Virus record (IMG/VR): IMGVR_UViG_3300035698_018653
Span: 1-64,000 of that record
DNA from: a virus
Reading direction: 5' to 3' (one strand)
DNA length: 64,000 nucleotides
Shown: positions 21,073 to 30,490 of the stretch, in pieces
Numbering within the stretch: position 1 is the stretch's first letter
How the letters are laid out: every line of letters starts with the position of its first letter
Translations under genes and position numbers: made by a program
Notes under the pieces: generated by a model
The model's database searches: none
The model's input: only the letters and a program-made list of their open reading frames with translations
Told to the model about the DNA's origin: nothing

Positions 21073-21834
21073 ATGAAAAAGCTTACAATAGGTGCTATTA
21101 TTAGAACAGCCGGGGAAAGAACTTTAAAGCTTTGTATTGATTCTGTCTTGCAACATATATTAAAGAAAAATATAGTAACGGTAATGGAAGCGCCGTTTAC
21201 AGCCGCAATGAAAAAGTGCGTGGAGATAGCGAAAAGAAAAGGGTGGGATAAATATTTAATGATAGACGCAGATGTAATTCTTACTAAAAATTGGAGAGAT
21301 ATAGTTGAGCCATTCCTAGGCAAGGAAACGTATGGTGTTTATGAGCATGATTTTGATGTACAGGATAGATTTATAGGTAAAACTCAAAAAGGTATTTATC
21401 TTGTTAATTCAAAGTATGATAGTTTAAGAATGGAAATGCTTGAGCAGACAAAAGACATGACGAAGCCGGAAGGAAGTATCAGACACCTAATGGGTAAAGA
21501 GGGAATTGATTTTTCTCATGCCGGTGACGATATTATTGGTTATCATGGCTTTAATCAATATAAGAAAGATATATTTAATACTTTTGCACTTAGGGCATTA
21601 AGGAATAAAGATTACATTGAAAGATATAAATTGTTTAAAGGAAAGCTTTCCAAAGAGGAAAGAGTTGCAAGAGCTGGTTGGAAGTTTGGACAGAGCCATC
21701 CCGAAATGCTAAAAGACTTTATGGATTTTACTAAAAAGGTTGATACAGAAAAAATGGGATGGAAGGAATATGATGAGGTTGATTATTCACTTAATATGTT
21801 TTATAAACTTGTAGAAAAACTAGGAGTAAAATAA
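21073..21834 (+). CDS. Glycosyltransferase, GT-A-like
   Basis: TLKLCIDSV and YLMIDADVIL (DxD). Confidence 0.7.
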   Translation: MKKLTIGAIIRTAGERTLKLCIDSVLQHILKKNIVTVMEAPFTAAMKKCVEIAKRKGWDKYLMIDADVILTKNWRDIVEPFLGKETYGVYEHDFDVQDRFIGKTQKGIYLVNSKYDSLRMEMLEQTKDMTKPEGSIRHLMGKEGIDFSHAGDDIIGYHGFNQYKKDIFNTFALRALRNKDYIERYKLFKGKLSKEERVARAGWKFGQSHPEMLKDFMDFTKKVDTEKMGWKEYDEVDYSLNMFYKLVEKLGVK

Positions 21835-22094
21835 TGCAAGTTGGAATAGTAGAGATATCAACAGAATTTATTGCTGATTGTGATAATTTTGCTTTTTATT
21901 GTTTATTTTTAACAAATTTTAAAATTCGCTCTATCGCACTTAAAAAGAGTCGTGACTTATATGAGATTACTGCTGAAAGTATTTATTTTGAAGAGATACC
22001 GGAAACAAGTAAGGTTCCAAAATATAAAATTAATTTTAGAACAGACGATGGACTAATTTCAATAGATAATGTTTCAAAGATTGTAGAGGAATAA
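21834..22094 (+). CDS. Hypothetical protein
   Basis: Coupled ORF. Confidence 0.55.
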   Translation: MQVGIVEISTEFIADCDNFAFYCLFLTNFKIRSIALKKSRDLYEITAESIYFEEIPETSKVPKYKINFRTDDGLISIDNVSKIVEE

Positions 22095-22097
22095 AAA

Positions 22098-22829
22098 ATG
22101 GATGAGTGGAAGTACAGATCGGAGAAGTATGACAAGTTACAGTGGGTGAACAATAATCAATTTCTTGCCGAGTTTCTTGAGTTTGGTAATTTTAAGTCAA
22201 GCGATTTAGTACTTGATGTAGGAACAGGAACAGGCAAGATAGCCAAAGAAATTTCTCCCTTGGTTAACAAGATAATGGGAATTGATGATTCGATTTCTAT
22301 GCTTGACCATAGCCACGAAGATGAGGAGTTTAGAAACGTTGATTATGTTCAGATGGATGCTAGGGATTTATTGTTTAATAATGAAACTTTTGATAAAGCA
22401 ACTTGCCGATATGTACTTCACCATATTACCGAAGGTACTCAACGTGCTGTAAATGAGATATATCGAGTATTAAAGGGTGGTGGCAGCTTCCTTGTGTCAG
22501 AGGGTATTCCACCTACCGAAAGGTGTAGGGAGCTGTATGGAGAGATATTTGCCCTTAAGGAGCAGCGTTTAACGATATATGAGGCTGATTTAGTAAAGTG
22601 GATAAAAAATGCTGGTTTTGCCTCTATTGAAACAAGAAAAATAATACTTAAGGGAATGAGTATAAGAAACTGGTTGGATAACAGTGGACTATCTCAAATC
22701 ACGCAGGATAAGATTTTTTATATGCATATGAGAGCGCCGGAATTTTTCAAGGAAGATTATTGTATGAAAGAAGATGAAAATGATTGCTATTGTGATTTTC
22801 ATGTTTCTATTGTAAAGGGGATCAAATGA
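22098..22829 (+). CDS. Class I SAM methyltransferase (UbiE/Methyltransf_11-like)
   Basis: VLDVGTGTG, FD...C...LHH and EIYRVLKGGG. Confidence 0.9.
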   Translation: MDEWKYRSEKYDKLQWVNNNQFLAEFLEFGNFKSSDLVLDVGTGTGKIAKEISPLVNKIMGIDDSISMLDHSHEDEEFRNVDYVQMDARDLLFNNETFDKATCRYVLHHITEGTQRAVNEIYRVLKGGGSFLVSEGIPPTERCRELYGEIFALKEQRLTIYEADLVKWIKNAGFASIETRKIILKGMSIRNWLDNSGLSQITQDKIFYMHMRAPEFFKEDYCMKEDENDCYCDFHVSIVKGIK

Positions 22830-22830
22830 T

Positions 22831-23688
22831 ATGGGAAAATATTCTGAATATAAAAAGAAACACAATAAAAAGTTAGTTCTTTCTGTTACGTCAGGTAGAT
22901 CTGGAACTCTTTGGCTTGCAGATATTTTTAATCAGCATACTAATGCGATTGGTACTTCAGAGAGGTACATGAATTTTGAGGCGTTTTACAGATACGTAAA
23001 ATTTAATCATTTGCTTGTTGATCTAACTGGCATTTATGATATGCTCAGACTTGGAATTTTAAGCGATTGGGCGCAAGGCAAAGCAGATTTATCTTTGGTT
23101 AATTCCCCTTTTCTTTCTCATGATTGTTATCATCTGTTTAAAGAATTGAAAGCAGATCAAATCATTTGGGGCATAACAGATATAAGATTTACAGTACATT
23201 CGTTTTTGAAAAAGAAATGGTATGAAAATTCAATATCTAAAACAAATCATAATCAAGTATGCGGACCACAACTTGCCTACAGAAACGGAATAGCATATAC
23301 ATTCGGCAGGGTGGTTCCTTATAATCAAGACAAATATAAAAAGTGGACTAAGCTGACCCAGGTGGGAAAAATATCTTGGTTCTTAAGCAATATTAATAAA
23401 GAAATATATTCTAATGTAAACAGAATAAGAAAAGAGTTTGGAAATGATAAAGTGCTTATTTATAGATTAGAAGAAGCAGATCAGAATTACGCATATTACA
23501 GAATGCTGGCGAGTAAATATAATTTAAAGCCGGTGATGTCAGAGAGAAAATTTTTATCGTTAAAAGGTAAAACTGTTAAGAGTAATGATAAATTTAGGGT
23601 GGTGAGATTTAATGGTAGGGCAGAGGATGAATTTAAAAGCGAAGCAAAAACCGCTATTGACATATACAAACAGGTGAAGCAATGGTGA
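22831..23688 (+). CDS. Sulfotransferase-like P-loop protein
   Basis: TSGRSGTLWL resembles the 5'-PSB loop, with downstream E, S and RLEE motifs. Confidence 0.65.
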   Translation: MGKYSEYKKKHNKKLVLSVTSGRSGTLWLADIFNQHTNAIGTSERYMNFEAFYRYVKFNHLLVDLTGIYDMLRLGILSDWAQGKADLSLVNSPFLSHDCYHLFKELKADQIIWGITDIRFTVHSFLKKKWYENSISKTNHNQVCGPQLAYRNGIAYTFGRVVPYNQDKYKKWTKLTQVGKISWFLSNINKEIYSNVNRIRKEFGNDKVLIYRLEEADQNYAYYRMLASKYNLKPVMSERKFLSLKGKTVKSNDKFRVVRFNGRAEDEFKSEAKTAIDIYKQVKQW

Positions 23689-25145
23689 AAAACTTTATAG
23701 AGAGAAAGCAGTGCCCGTGCTGCGGGTTCGATAAAGCTACAATTATTTTTAATGACGTTAAAGATGCAAGAAATTATATAAGGAATTATTATATAAAGGT
23801 TCCCGAAAAATTGTTAAGGGAGATGGAATTTGAGTTAAGGAAATGTTTAAAATGTACTCACATATATCAAGCATATATATTAACCAGTAAAAATATTGTA
23901 AGGCTATATTCGGAATGGATGGATAACAAAAAGTCATTGAACAAGAAGGAGAAGCCAGCGAAGAATATAGGGAGGCAGTATGAAAAGCAATGCGTGAGGA
24001 TGAGGGAGCTGTTTGATTCTGATGATGTGAGAATACTCGATTACGGAATGGGCTGGGGCTTCTGGTGCGATATGGCTAAGAATTATTTTAATAATATTTT
24101 CGGTTATGAGATAGATGAAGGTAGAGTGAAATATGCAATGGATAATTTTAGTTTTAGATGCGGCAGTTTAGTGCCACCTAAAGAAAAATTTAATTTTATA
24201 AATTTTGAGCAAGTATTTGAACATCTGACTCATCCGTTTGAGACCCTAAGAGATATAGTTAAAAATAATCTAGCCTCTAATGGAATTATTCATATAGCTG
24301 TCCCTGATGCAACTTTTGCAGTAGATGAAATAACAGAAGGAACATATGATATGGGGAGCTATATGCAACCGCTAGAACATATCAATATGTTCAACCTAAG
24401 ATCATTAAAAGCTTTATTGCTCAGGTGCGGACTTCACTTTCAATACAATATAGCCAGAACCATAGTCTATGCCTCTAAAAAAGATTTTTCATTATTAAAA
24501 GAACATAGAGATTATTTTGTAGAAAATTCAAAACCAATGATGGTTAAAAAAAGAAGGAGAAAAGGTGTCATGGTTGTGAGAGCTAAATATAATAAGTATC
24601 AGAAGTTTGGAGCGTATCATTGGGATTGGTATCGAAAGAATACAGATGAATATAAAGATCATGTGGATTACCTTTTGGGATTGTTCCCCCAGGGGAATAA
24701 TGCAACGTTGCTTGATGTAGGGTGCGGAGATGGCCTCATTGCCTCGAAGCTTGCTATACAGGGCTACAGGGTCACGGGGTTTGATAGTGACTCTACCGCT
24801 ATAAAATTAGCTACCGAGCTTTGTATGAATAGGGGTATCAGGTTATCTAAAAAAACATTTTATGACTTGCATGAATCGTACGATTTTTGCGTATGTTCAG
24901 AGGTGATCGAGCACGTCAAGAACCCAGAGGATTTAGTTAATATAATTTTTGCTCATACAAATAAGTTCGCAATTATCACCTCTCCGAATGCACGTGGAAC
25001 ACGCATGGGACTTTATGACTATAACAAATGGAGCAAGGAAAAATTTGGAAGGATGTTTAAGCAGCTTGGGTATAATGGGGAATTTTTGAAAGTTACAAGG
25101 CGTAAAATGTATTATTTGCTAGATTGTTCGTCCAGGAGAGTGTAA
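23682..25145 (+). CDS. Double SAM methyltransferase (two fused domains, N-terminal zinc ribbon)
   Basis: CPCC/CLKC and ILDYGMGWG...VFEHL in the first domain; LLDVGCGDG...SEVIEHV in the second. Confidence 0.85.
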   Translation: MVKNFIERKQCPCCGFDKATIIFNDVKDARNYIRNYYIKVPEKLLREMEFELRKCLKCTHIYQAYILTSKNIVRLYSEWMDNKKSLNKKEKPAKNIGRQYEKQCVRMRELFDSDDVRILDYGMGWGFWCDMAKNYFNNIFGYEIDEGRVKYAMDNFSFRCGSLVPPKEKFNFINFEQVFEHLTHPFETLRDIVKNNLASNGIIHIAVPDATFAVDEITEGTYDMGSYMQPLEHINMFNLRSLKALLLRCGLHFQYNIARTIVYASKKDFSLLKEHRDYFVENSKPMMVKKRRRKGVMVVRAKYNKYQKFGAYHWDWYRKNTDEYKDHVDYLLGLFPQGNNATLLDVGCGDGLIASKLAIQGYRVTGFDSDSTAIKLATELCMNRGIRLSKKTFYDLHESYDFCVCSEVIEHVKNPEDLVNIIFAHTNKFAIITSPNARGTRMGLYDYNKWSKEKFGRMFKQLGYNGEFLKVTRRKMYYLLDCSSRRV

Positions 25146-26974
25146 TGTATAATCTAGATATTAAAGATAAATCAATATTAATAATTGCGGCACATTGTGA
25201 CGACGAATTAATCTTCGCCTCTTCAATATTAACTTCTAAGAAACCATGCAAGAAAATATTATTGACGGTACATAATGATCATGGTGACGGGAGGTACAAA
25301 GCCTTAAAGCAAAATTGTATAGATAATAATATAATACATCATTATTTAGCAATGGATGAACACAGGGAAAGTGACAGAAGCAAAACCTATTTTACAGAAA
25401 GACAGATCCCCACTATAATAGAAGCGATTAAGAATGCGATTAAGGTATATAAGCCGGATTATGTATTTACGCACAATGAATTCGGAGAGTATTACCATGG
25501 GCACCATAGGCACCTGCACAGGATAGTTACCGCCTTAGTACCCAAGAAAAAACTTGTGTTTTTTGGATTTAACTTCAATGACGTGAGGGAGAAAAATAAA
25601 TATTGGAAGCTGAGAAAGTATCACAATATTTTTAAGGCAAAAAAATGGCAAAACTATTATTATTGTTGCAATAGTTGTTACATTAGGCAAGGGGACAGAG
25701 AGGCTGTCAGAAGGATGATAAAGCTCTATGGTAGTTCTTTCCCTTATGACTCAAAACATTACTTCTACGAGCACGCAATGGCCGATATGCAGTACTTTTC
25801 GAAGGCTACGGCAATGAATAGAACGTTCCGCAGGAATACGTTCACCTGTAGTGCGAGAATACAGCATGAAGAACTGAAACGCTACCTAGAATTAGAGCTG
25901 GATGGGAATGGCATACGCACGGGGGATTTAAGCAAGGTAAAGGGGCGCTTAGATTGGTGTGATATTGATATTACGGATTCTGTGTTACTTTCTGAAGTAT
26001 TGAAAAAGTTGTCTCAGTGTTTAAAATCAAACCGTAGATTTTTGTTAGGTATACCGGGCAAGAACAATCGTGTTCAAAAACAAAAATACCAATTGGAACA
26101 CGTACTTAGTGTGATGAGGCGTCACGGATTAATACCTTGCGAAACTTTTAATGTGGCAGAGTCGTACGAATATATTTTTGTACATGGTTTTAAGCTTGCG
26201 GAGGACTACACTTTTAATGGGGAGCAACCAACGCTTTGCATTGTAACGCCTGCTATCAAAATACCTGAGCGCCAGTTTAAAAAACACATTTCGTGGAATA
26301 GAGAATTACTTGAGAAGTATAAGGGTAGAGTAAGAATTTTATACGTGACAGAGAGAGATGTGAGTCATTTAATGACATCTAATACCGATTTTATTATTTA
26401 CCCGAAAAAGCAGAAAATATTTTCGTTGTCAAATACAAATAACTACGGAATTAAGAGAGCAGAGTCAACAATTTGTGTAAAAGGTGATGTGGACATAAAG
26501 TATACCTCTGTCGCCGTAGAATTTTATTTTAAAAAATTAAGTACCCCTGGAACGGCAGTATCAATAGAATATTTTAAGGTAAACGAAAATTGTGAATTCC
26601 AGACAGAAAACGAAAGATATTTAAAAGACATGGATGGGATGAGCAAATCGTTTGGAAATTTGGCTATGCATCGGAGCGATTGGCAAACGTTTAGGGGGCT
26701 GTTCGATCAGAGAATGGTCCACGGATATGGCGGAGAAGACAAGGTTGCGTTTCGTGCTCTTATGCGGATTTCTGCTTTTAAAAAAATTCGTGTTACCGTA
26801 CAGAAAAAAATTCCTATCTATCATATGCCACATGATTCTCAATTGGGGTGCAGGTGGGGAGGGGAGGACGGTTTCAATCCTTATGCTTATTACGAAAATC
26901 GTCGTTGTGCTATGAGGCGTTGGGGAGGCACCAAAGAGAGTGAACGTTGGGGCGAGGGTGATTATGGAGAATGA
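25145..26974 (+). CDS. PIG-L-family deacetylase fused to a C-terminal GT-A glycosyltransferase
   Basis: AHCDDE and THNEFGEYYHGHH at the N-terminus; GDVD (DxD) and FDQRM..GYGGED at the C-terminus. AGGAG RBS before ATG 25145. Confidence 0.75.
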   Translation: MYNLDIKDKSILIIAAHCDDELIFASSILTSKKPCKKILLTVHNDHGDGRYKALKQNCIDNNIIHHYLAMDEHRESDRSKTYFTERQIPTIIEAIKNAIKVYKPDYVFTHNEFGEYYHGHHRHLHRIVTALVPKKKLVFFGFNFNDVREKNKYWKLRKYHNIFKAKKWQNYYYCCNSCYIRQGDREAVRRMIKLYGSSFPYDSKHYFYEHAMADMQYFSKATAMNRTFRRNTFTCSARIQHEELKRYLELELDGNGIRTGDLSKVKGRLDWCDIDITDSVLLSEVLKKLSQCLKSNRRFLLGIPGKNNRVQKQKYQLEHVLSVMRRHGLIPCETFNVAESYEYIFVHGFKLAEDYTFNGEQPTLCIVTPAIKIPERQFKKHISWNRELLEKYKGRVRILYVTERDVSHLMTSNTDFIIYPKKQKIFSLSNTNNYGIKRAESTICVKGDVDIKYTSVAVEFYFKKLSTPGTAVSIEYFKVNENCEFQTENERYLKDMDGMSKSFGNLAMHRSDWQTFRGLFDQRMVHGYGGEDKVAFRALMRISAFKKIRVTVQKKIPIYHMPHDSQLGCRWGGEDGFNPYAYYENRRCAMRRWGGTKESERWGEGDYGE

Positions 26975-27015
26975 TCATAAACTTCTTTAGTCTCTATGAT
27001 AAGAATTATGTATAT

Positions 27016-27175
27016 TTTATTACTCCTTTTGCTTATATTTAATATTGTCACTGGAACTGGCAGTATTAATATACTTAGTTCAAAACAAAGCGCCTGTAGG
27101 GTTGGTAGTTTCCTACCATTTATTGTCATTCCAGTGATCAAACCTACAGGCGCTTTTTGTATAGGAGAAAATAAG
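27016..27175 (+). promoter_or_regulatory. Structured leader (terminator-like stem plus alternative pairings) upstream of the HNH gene
   Basis: Perfect 14-bp stem 27087-27100/27143-27156 ending in a T run. 27048-27065 is complementary to 27121-27137, and an inner hairpin forms at 27103-27118. Confidence 0.65.
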
Positions 27176-28024
27176 ATGCCCGCAAAAGGACAAAAGCAGA
27201 GTAAAGACGCTAGAAATAAAATATCTAAAGCATTGATGGGACATGATGTTTCTGAATAGTCTAGAAAGAAAATGAGTATTGCAAAGAAAGGAAAAAAACG
27301 ATCTCAAGAAGCTATAGAAAAAACTATAAAAACAAGAAGGGAAAGAAGCGATGATTGGCATACTAAAGAAACAAAAGAAAAAATGAGTAAGGCCAGTAAG
27401 GGCAAAAAGAAATCAAAAGAAGCCTGTGAAAATATGAGTAAGGTAAAGAGTGGTGAAAAACACCCAATGTATGGCCAGCACCATACAGAAGAAACAAAAA
27501 AGAAGATGAGTAAATCTCATAAGGGAATATTGCATACAGAAGAAACGAAAAGAAAAATAGGTAAAATATGTAAGGGATATAAACACACAGAAGAGTCAAA
27601 AAAGAAAATAGGGGAATCTTCTACTAGGAATAATTTAATTAGATTTTCTAATCCAGTAAATCACCCTAACTGGCAAGGTGGAGTATCAAAACTACCCTAC
27701 CCCTTTGAGTTTGATAAAGAGCTAAAAAAGTATATTAGAAAAAGAGATAAAAATATATGTCAATTATGTGGTAAAAGAAAGTATGGGGAAGAGCTTGCGG
27801 TTCATCATATAGACTACGATAAGGATAATATTAATGAAAGAAATTTAATTTCTTTACATAGAGGCTGTAATACTAAAGCAAATTATAATAGGGATTATTG
27901 GTATGCTTTCTTTACTGAAAAAATAAAGCAAATCTACAAAAAACCCCTAATCCTTGATGAAGAGATAACCCCTGTAGAAGCCCCTAATACTGCCTTAAAA
28001 AAGAAAAAACCACTAATCCCCTGA
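27176..28024 (+). mobile_element. NUMOD3-repeat HNH homing endonuclease with an in-frame TAG at 27257-27259
   Basis: AGGAG RBS before ATG 27176, multiple HTEETKKKMS repeats, RDKNICQLCG and VHHIDYDKDN. The frame continues past the TAG (VSE*SRKKMS). Confidence 0.8.
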
Positions 28025-28031
28025 ACTCATA

Positions 28032-28040
28032 GTATATTAT
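28032..28040 (+). promoter_or_regulatory. Putative promoter -10 (GTATATTAT)
   Basis: Recurring intergenic motif. Confidence 0.45.
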
Positions 28041-28062
28041 ATATATAAACTTTTAAAGGAGT

Positions 28063-28554
28063 TTGAAAATGGAAGATAAATATGAATACCAAATTTGTAC
28101 TTGGGGTGGTTTTTATAATGACGAGCATCAAGTCAAGCATAAATTCAAAGAAGGATATTATTTTTTTAAAACGAAAGAAGAAAGAGAAGTATATGTTGAG
28201 AAGCTAAAAGAAGCAGAAAAGAAATATGATGCAAGAATGCTTTGTATTGATCTTAGAGAAGGAACAGGAGTAAGGTATAGCCTCATTGTAGTGGCCGAGT
28301 ATAGATATGAGGGTAAAATATATAAATGTAAATATAATTTTGGATATGGATATGAAAGTGATGACCTTTATTATATGTTCGAAGATGGAAATTATGCTTG
28401 CGATTGTAATAGAAGCATGCATATTATTAGTGAGCATGGAGATGTTATTCCTGAAATGGATTGCGGAGATAAAATAGAAATGATAGATATAAGCCATTAT
28501 AAGTCTGAGAAACTTCCAGATGATATAATGTATGTAGAATCAAAGGACCAATAA
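28063..28554 (+). CDS. Hypothetical phage protein
   Basis: AAGGAG RBS and a GNYACDCNRS Cys motif. Confidence 0.65.
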   Translation: MKMEDKYEYQICTWGGFYNDEHQVKHKFKEGYYFFKTKEEREVYVEKLKEAEKKYDARMLCIDLREGTGVRYSLIVVAEYRYEGKIYKCKYNFGYGYESDDLYYMFEDGNYACDCNRSMHIISEHGDVIPEMDCGDKIEMIDISHYKSEKLPDDIMYVESKDQ

Positions 28555-28555
28555 A

Positions 28556-28999
28556 ATGGATGAAATTTTAGAGTTAATATCAATGAGTCCCAGAAAGAAT
28601 GTCGAGTATGTTAGGCAAAGGATGCACAATGACTGCATGGTGTCCACCATGGCCATGATACAGGGGTGCACCTATGAGGAGTCAGAAAAACAATTAAAGG
28701 ACTTAAACCCCGCTGGTCCTCCGTTTAAAGATGGCGACGCAATAATATGCTGCTTCAATAAAGATATTTACCTTGGCACCTTTGGAATCGCAAGCCAGTT
28801 TGTAAAAGAGACAGAAGTAATTAGATTTGATATATCGGTTAAGCTTGAAATGTTTGTTACTGTAAAAAGCTTGACAATGATAGGCTGTACTCATGCAATT
28901 TATTGGACAGGAGAAAAAGTAATGGACCCTTTTCCCGATAAAAAATATGATAATTTATATGATTATGATATTGTTGCAATTTATCCTATAGCGAGATAA
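28556..28999 (+). CDS. Peptidase C39-like protein
   Basis: Q....DC, HAIYW and DP in papain-like triad order. Paralog of 32381. Confidence 0.55.
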   Translation: MDEILELISMSPRKNVEYVRQRMHNDCMVSTMAMIQGCTYEESEKQLKDLNPAGPPFKDGDAIICCFNKDIYLGTFGIASQFVKETEVIRFDISVKLEMFVTVKSLTMIGCTHAIYWTGEKVMDPFPDKKYDNLYDYDIVAIYPIAR

Positions 29000-29017
29000 A
29001 CCTTTAAAGGAACTATA

Positions 29018-29431
29018 ATGAAAATCGAACTAGGCAAAATTGATATTAAAAGAAATCATGTTTATATTGGAAAGAATGATATAGCAACTATTTATAGGTC
29101 AACTACAGGGTTAATTGACTTGTTAGATGAGAAAGGTCAAGATAAGGAAAAAATGGATTATATTATTGATTATAATTTCCCCATTAACACTAGTGTAATT
29201 AAAACAACGTTGAAGGGCGCAAAGGAAAGGATACGAAGGGATATCGGGGAGTTTTTGGATAGCGAAAAAATAAAGAACGATAAAGATTATGACAAATTAA
29301 TGCCTGAAATATGGAGAAAGATAGTTAAGAATGCAAAACTAAAAATCGTAAAACCTAATCCAGATAATAATGTTTTACCGAAAGTTATAGCAAAAGCAAC
29401 TGTTGAAACCGAAAAGAGGAAATCTAAATGA
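29018..29431 (+). CDS. Hypothetical protein
   Basis: ORF with RBS. Confidence 0.6.
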   Translation: MKIELGKIDIKRNHVYIGKNDIATIYRSTTGLIDLLDEKGQDKEKMDYIIDYNFPINTSVIKTTLKGAKERIRRDIGEFLDSEKIKNDKDYDKLMPEIWRKIVKNAKLKIVKPNPDNNVLPKVIAKATVETEKRKSK

Positions 29432-29655
29432 TAGAAAATCTCATAGTATTTTGGTACAGAATAAGAAGATTTATAAATAAAATATCGTTTGGTTTAATTT
29501 TTAATATTTCTATTAAAGAATATTTTATATTAAAGTTTGGATATAAAGTTGGTTTAATTAAATATAAAGAGTTTGCAGAAAAACTAGCAAAGCCGGTAAG
29601 ATATTTTAGAAACCTTAATTGGTGCAGAAGCATGTTTAAAGTGGAGAGGGTATAA
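29428..29655 (+). CDS. Hypothetical protein
   Basis: Coupled ORF. Confidence 0.45.
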   Translation: MIENLIVFWYRIRRFINKISFGLIFNISIKEYFILKFGYKVGLIKYKEFAEKLAKPVRYFRNLNWCRSMFKVERV

Positions 29656-30074
29656 TGCAAAAGAAATTTAGAGCATACGATAAAGAAAGAAAAGAATATT
29701 TAACTGCCGGTAATTTATTACTTACAGTTAATCCAGGTAGAAATCCAACAGAATCTATTTTATTTTTAGACATACTTGATAAACCAGATAAATGGAAAGA
29801 TAGATTTATAATTGAGCAGTTTACGGGATTAAAGGATGTAGATAAAAAAGAAATATATGAGCACGATATAGTGGCTGGTGTAGGTTGGGGTGATAATGAA
29901 GAGTATAGACCAGTTTATATTGTTCGTTTTTTGGATGGAATGTTTGTAAGAGCAAGTAGCCTTGATAATGATGAATGTTATCAAAGTAGATTTTGGGATT
30001 TGTGTTATCACGGAAGGATAAAGCTATTGGGTAACATACATGAAAATCCAGAATTATTATTAGGGAAGGATTAA
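29655..30074 (+). CDS. YopX-family phage protein
   Basis: KFRAYD, QFTGLKD..KKEIYE.DIV and GNIHENPELL. Confidence 0.9.
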   Translation: MQKKFRAYDKERKEYLTAGNLLLTVNPGRNPTESILFLDILDKPDKWKDRFIIEQFTGLKDVDKKEIYEHDIVAGVGWGDNEEYRPVYIVRFLDGMFVRASSLDNDECYQSRFWDLCYHGRIKLLGNIHENPELLLGKD

Positions 30075-30149
30075 ATAAATAATGGGATATATTGAAAATT
30101 TGTATGAAGATTGGGCAGAGAGTAAGCTCATTAAAGAGAGGGAAACAAA

Positions 30150-30350
30150 ATGAATGATAAAGTTTTAACTATAATTGGATTTATAGGTGCTGCCGCATTT
30201 TTATTTGGCTGGCCTTATTATACAAAGTGGATTGAGGATTTATTTAAAAAGCCAATAAAATGGTTTTTTAGAAAATATTATGAATGTTCAAGTTGCTTAA
30301 GGGATAATGAATGTTTAGTTGATAATTATCTTCCACCCGAAAAGGAGTAA
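30150..30350 (+). CDS. Small membrane protein
   Basis: N-terminal TM helix. Confidence 0.5.
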   Translation: MNDKVLTIIGFIGAAAFLFGWPYYTKWIEDLFKKPIKWFFRKYYECSSCLRDNECLVDNYLPPEKE

Positions 30351-30352
30351 TA

Positions 30353-30487
30353 ATGTTCTGCGTATCTTGCTATGACGGAAAAAATCTGGAGCTGGATGAA
30401 GTATGTAATGCATGCGGAATGGTCGGCAAAGAAGAAGATAAATTAAATTGTGATATTACTAATATAGAAGAAGAAACAGAGGAGTAG
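30353..30487 (+). CDS. Small CxxC-CxxC protein (44 aa, not in the ORF track)
   Basis: AAGGAG RBS; MFCVSCYDG...CNACG. Confidence 0.5.
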   Translation: MFCVSCYDGKNLELDEVCNACGMVGKEEDKLNCDITNIEEETEE

Positions 30488-30490
30488 AAA

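Noticed and set aside
26996-27175. Hydrophobic N-terminus of ORF 26996-27259
   Set aside because: It has no RBS and coincides with the structured leader; the RBS-supported start is 27176.
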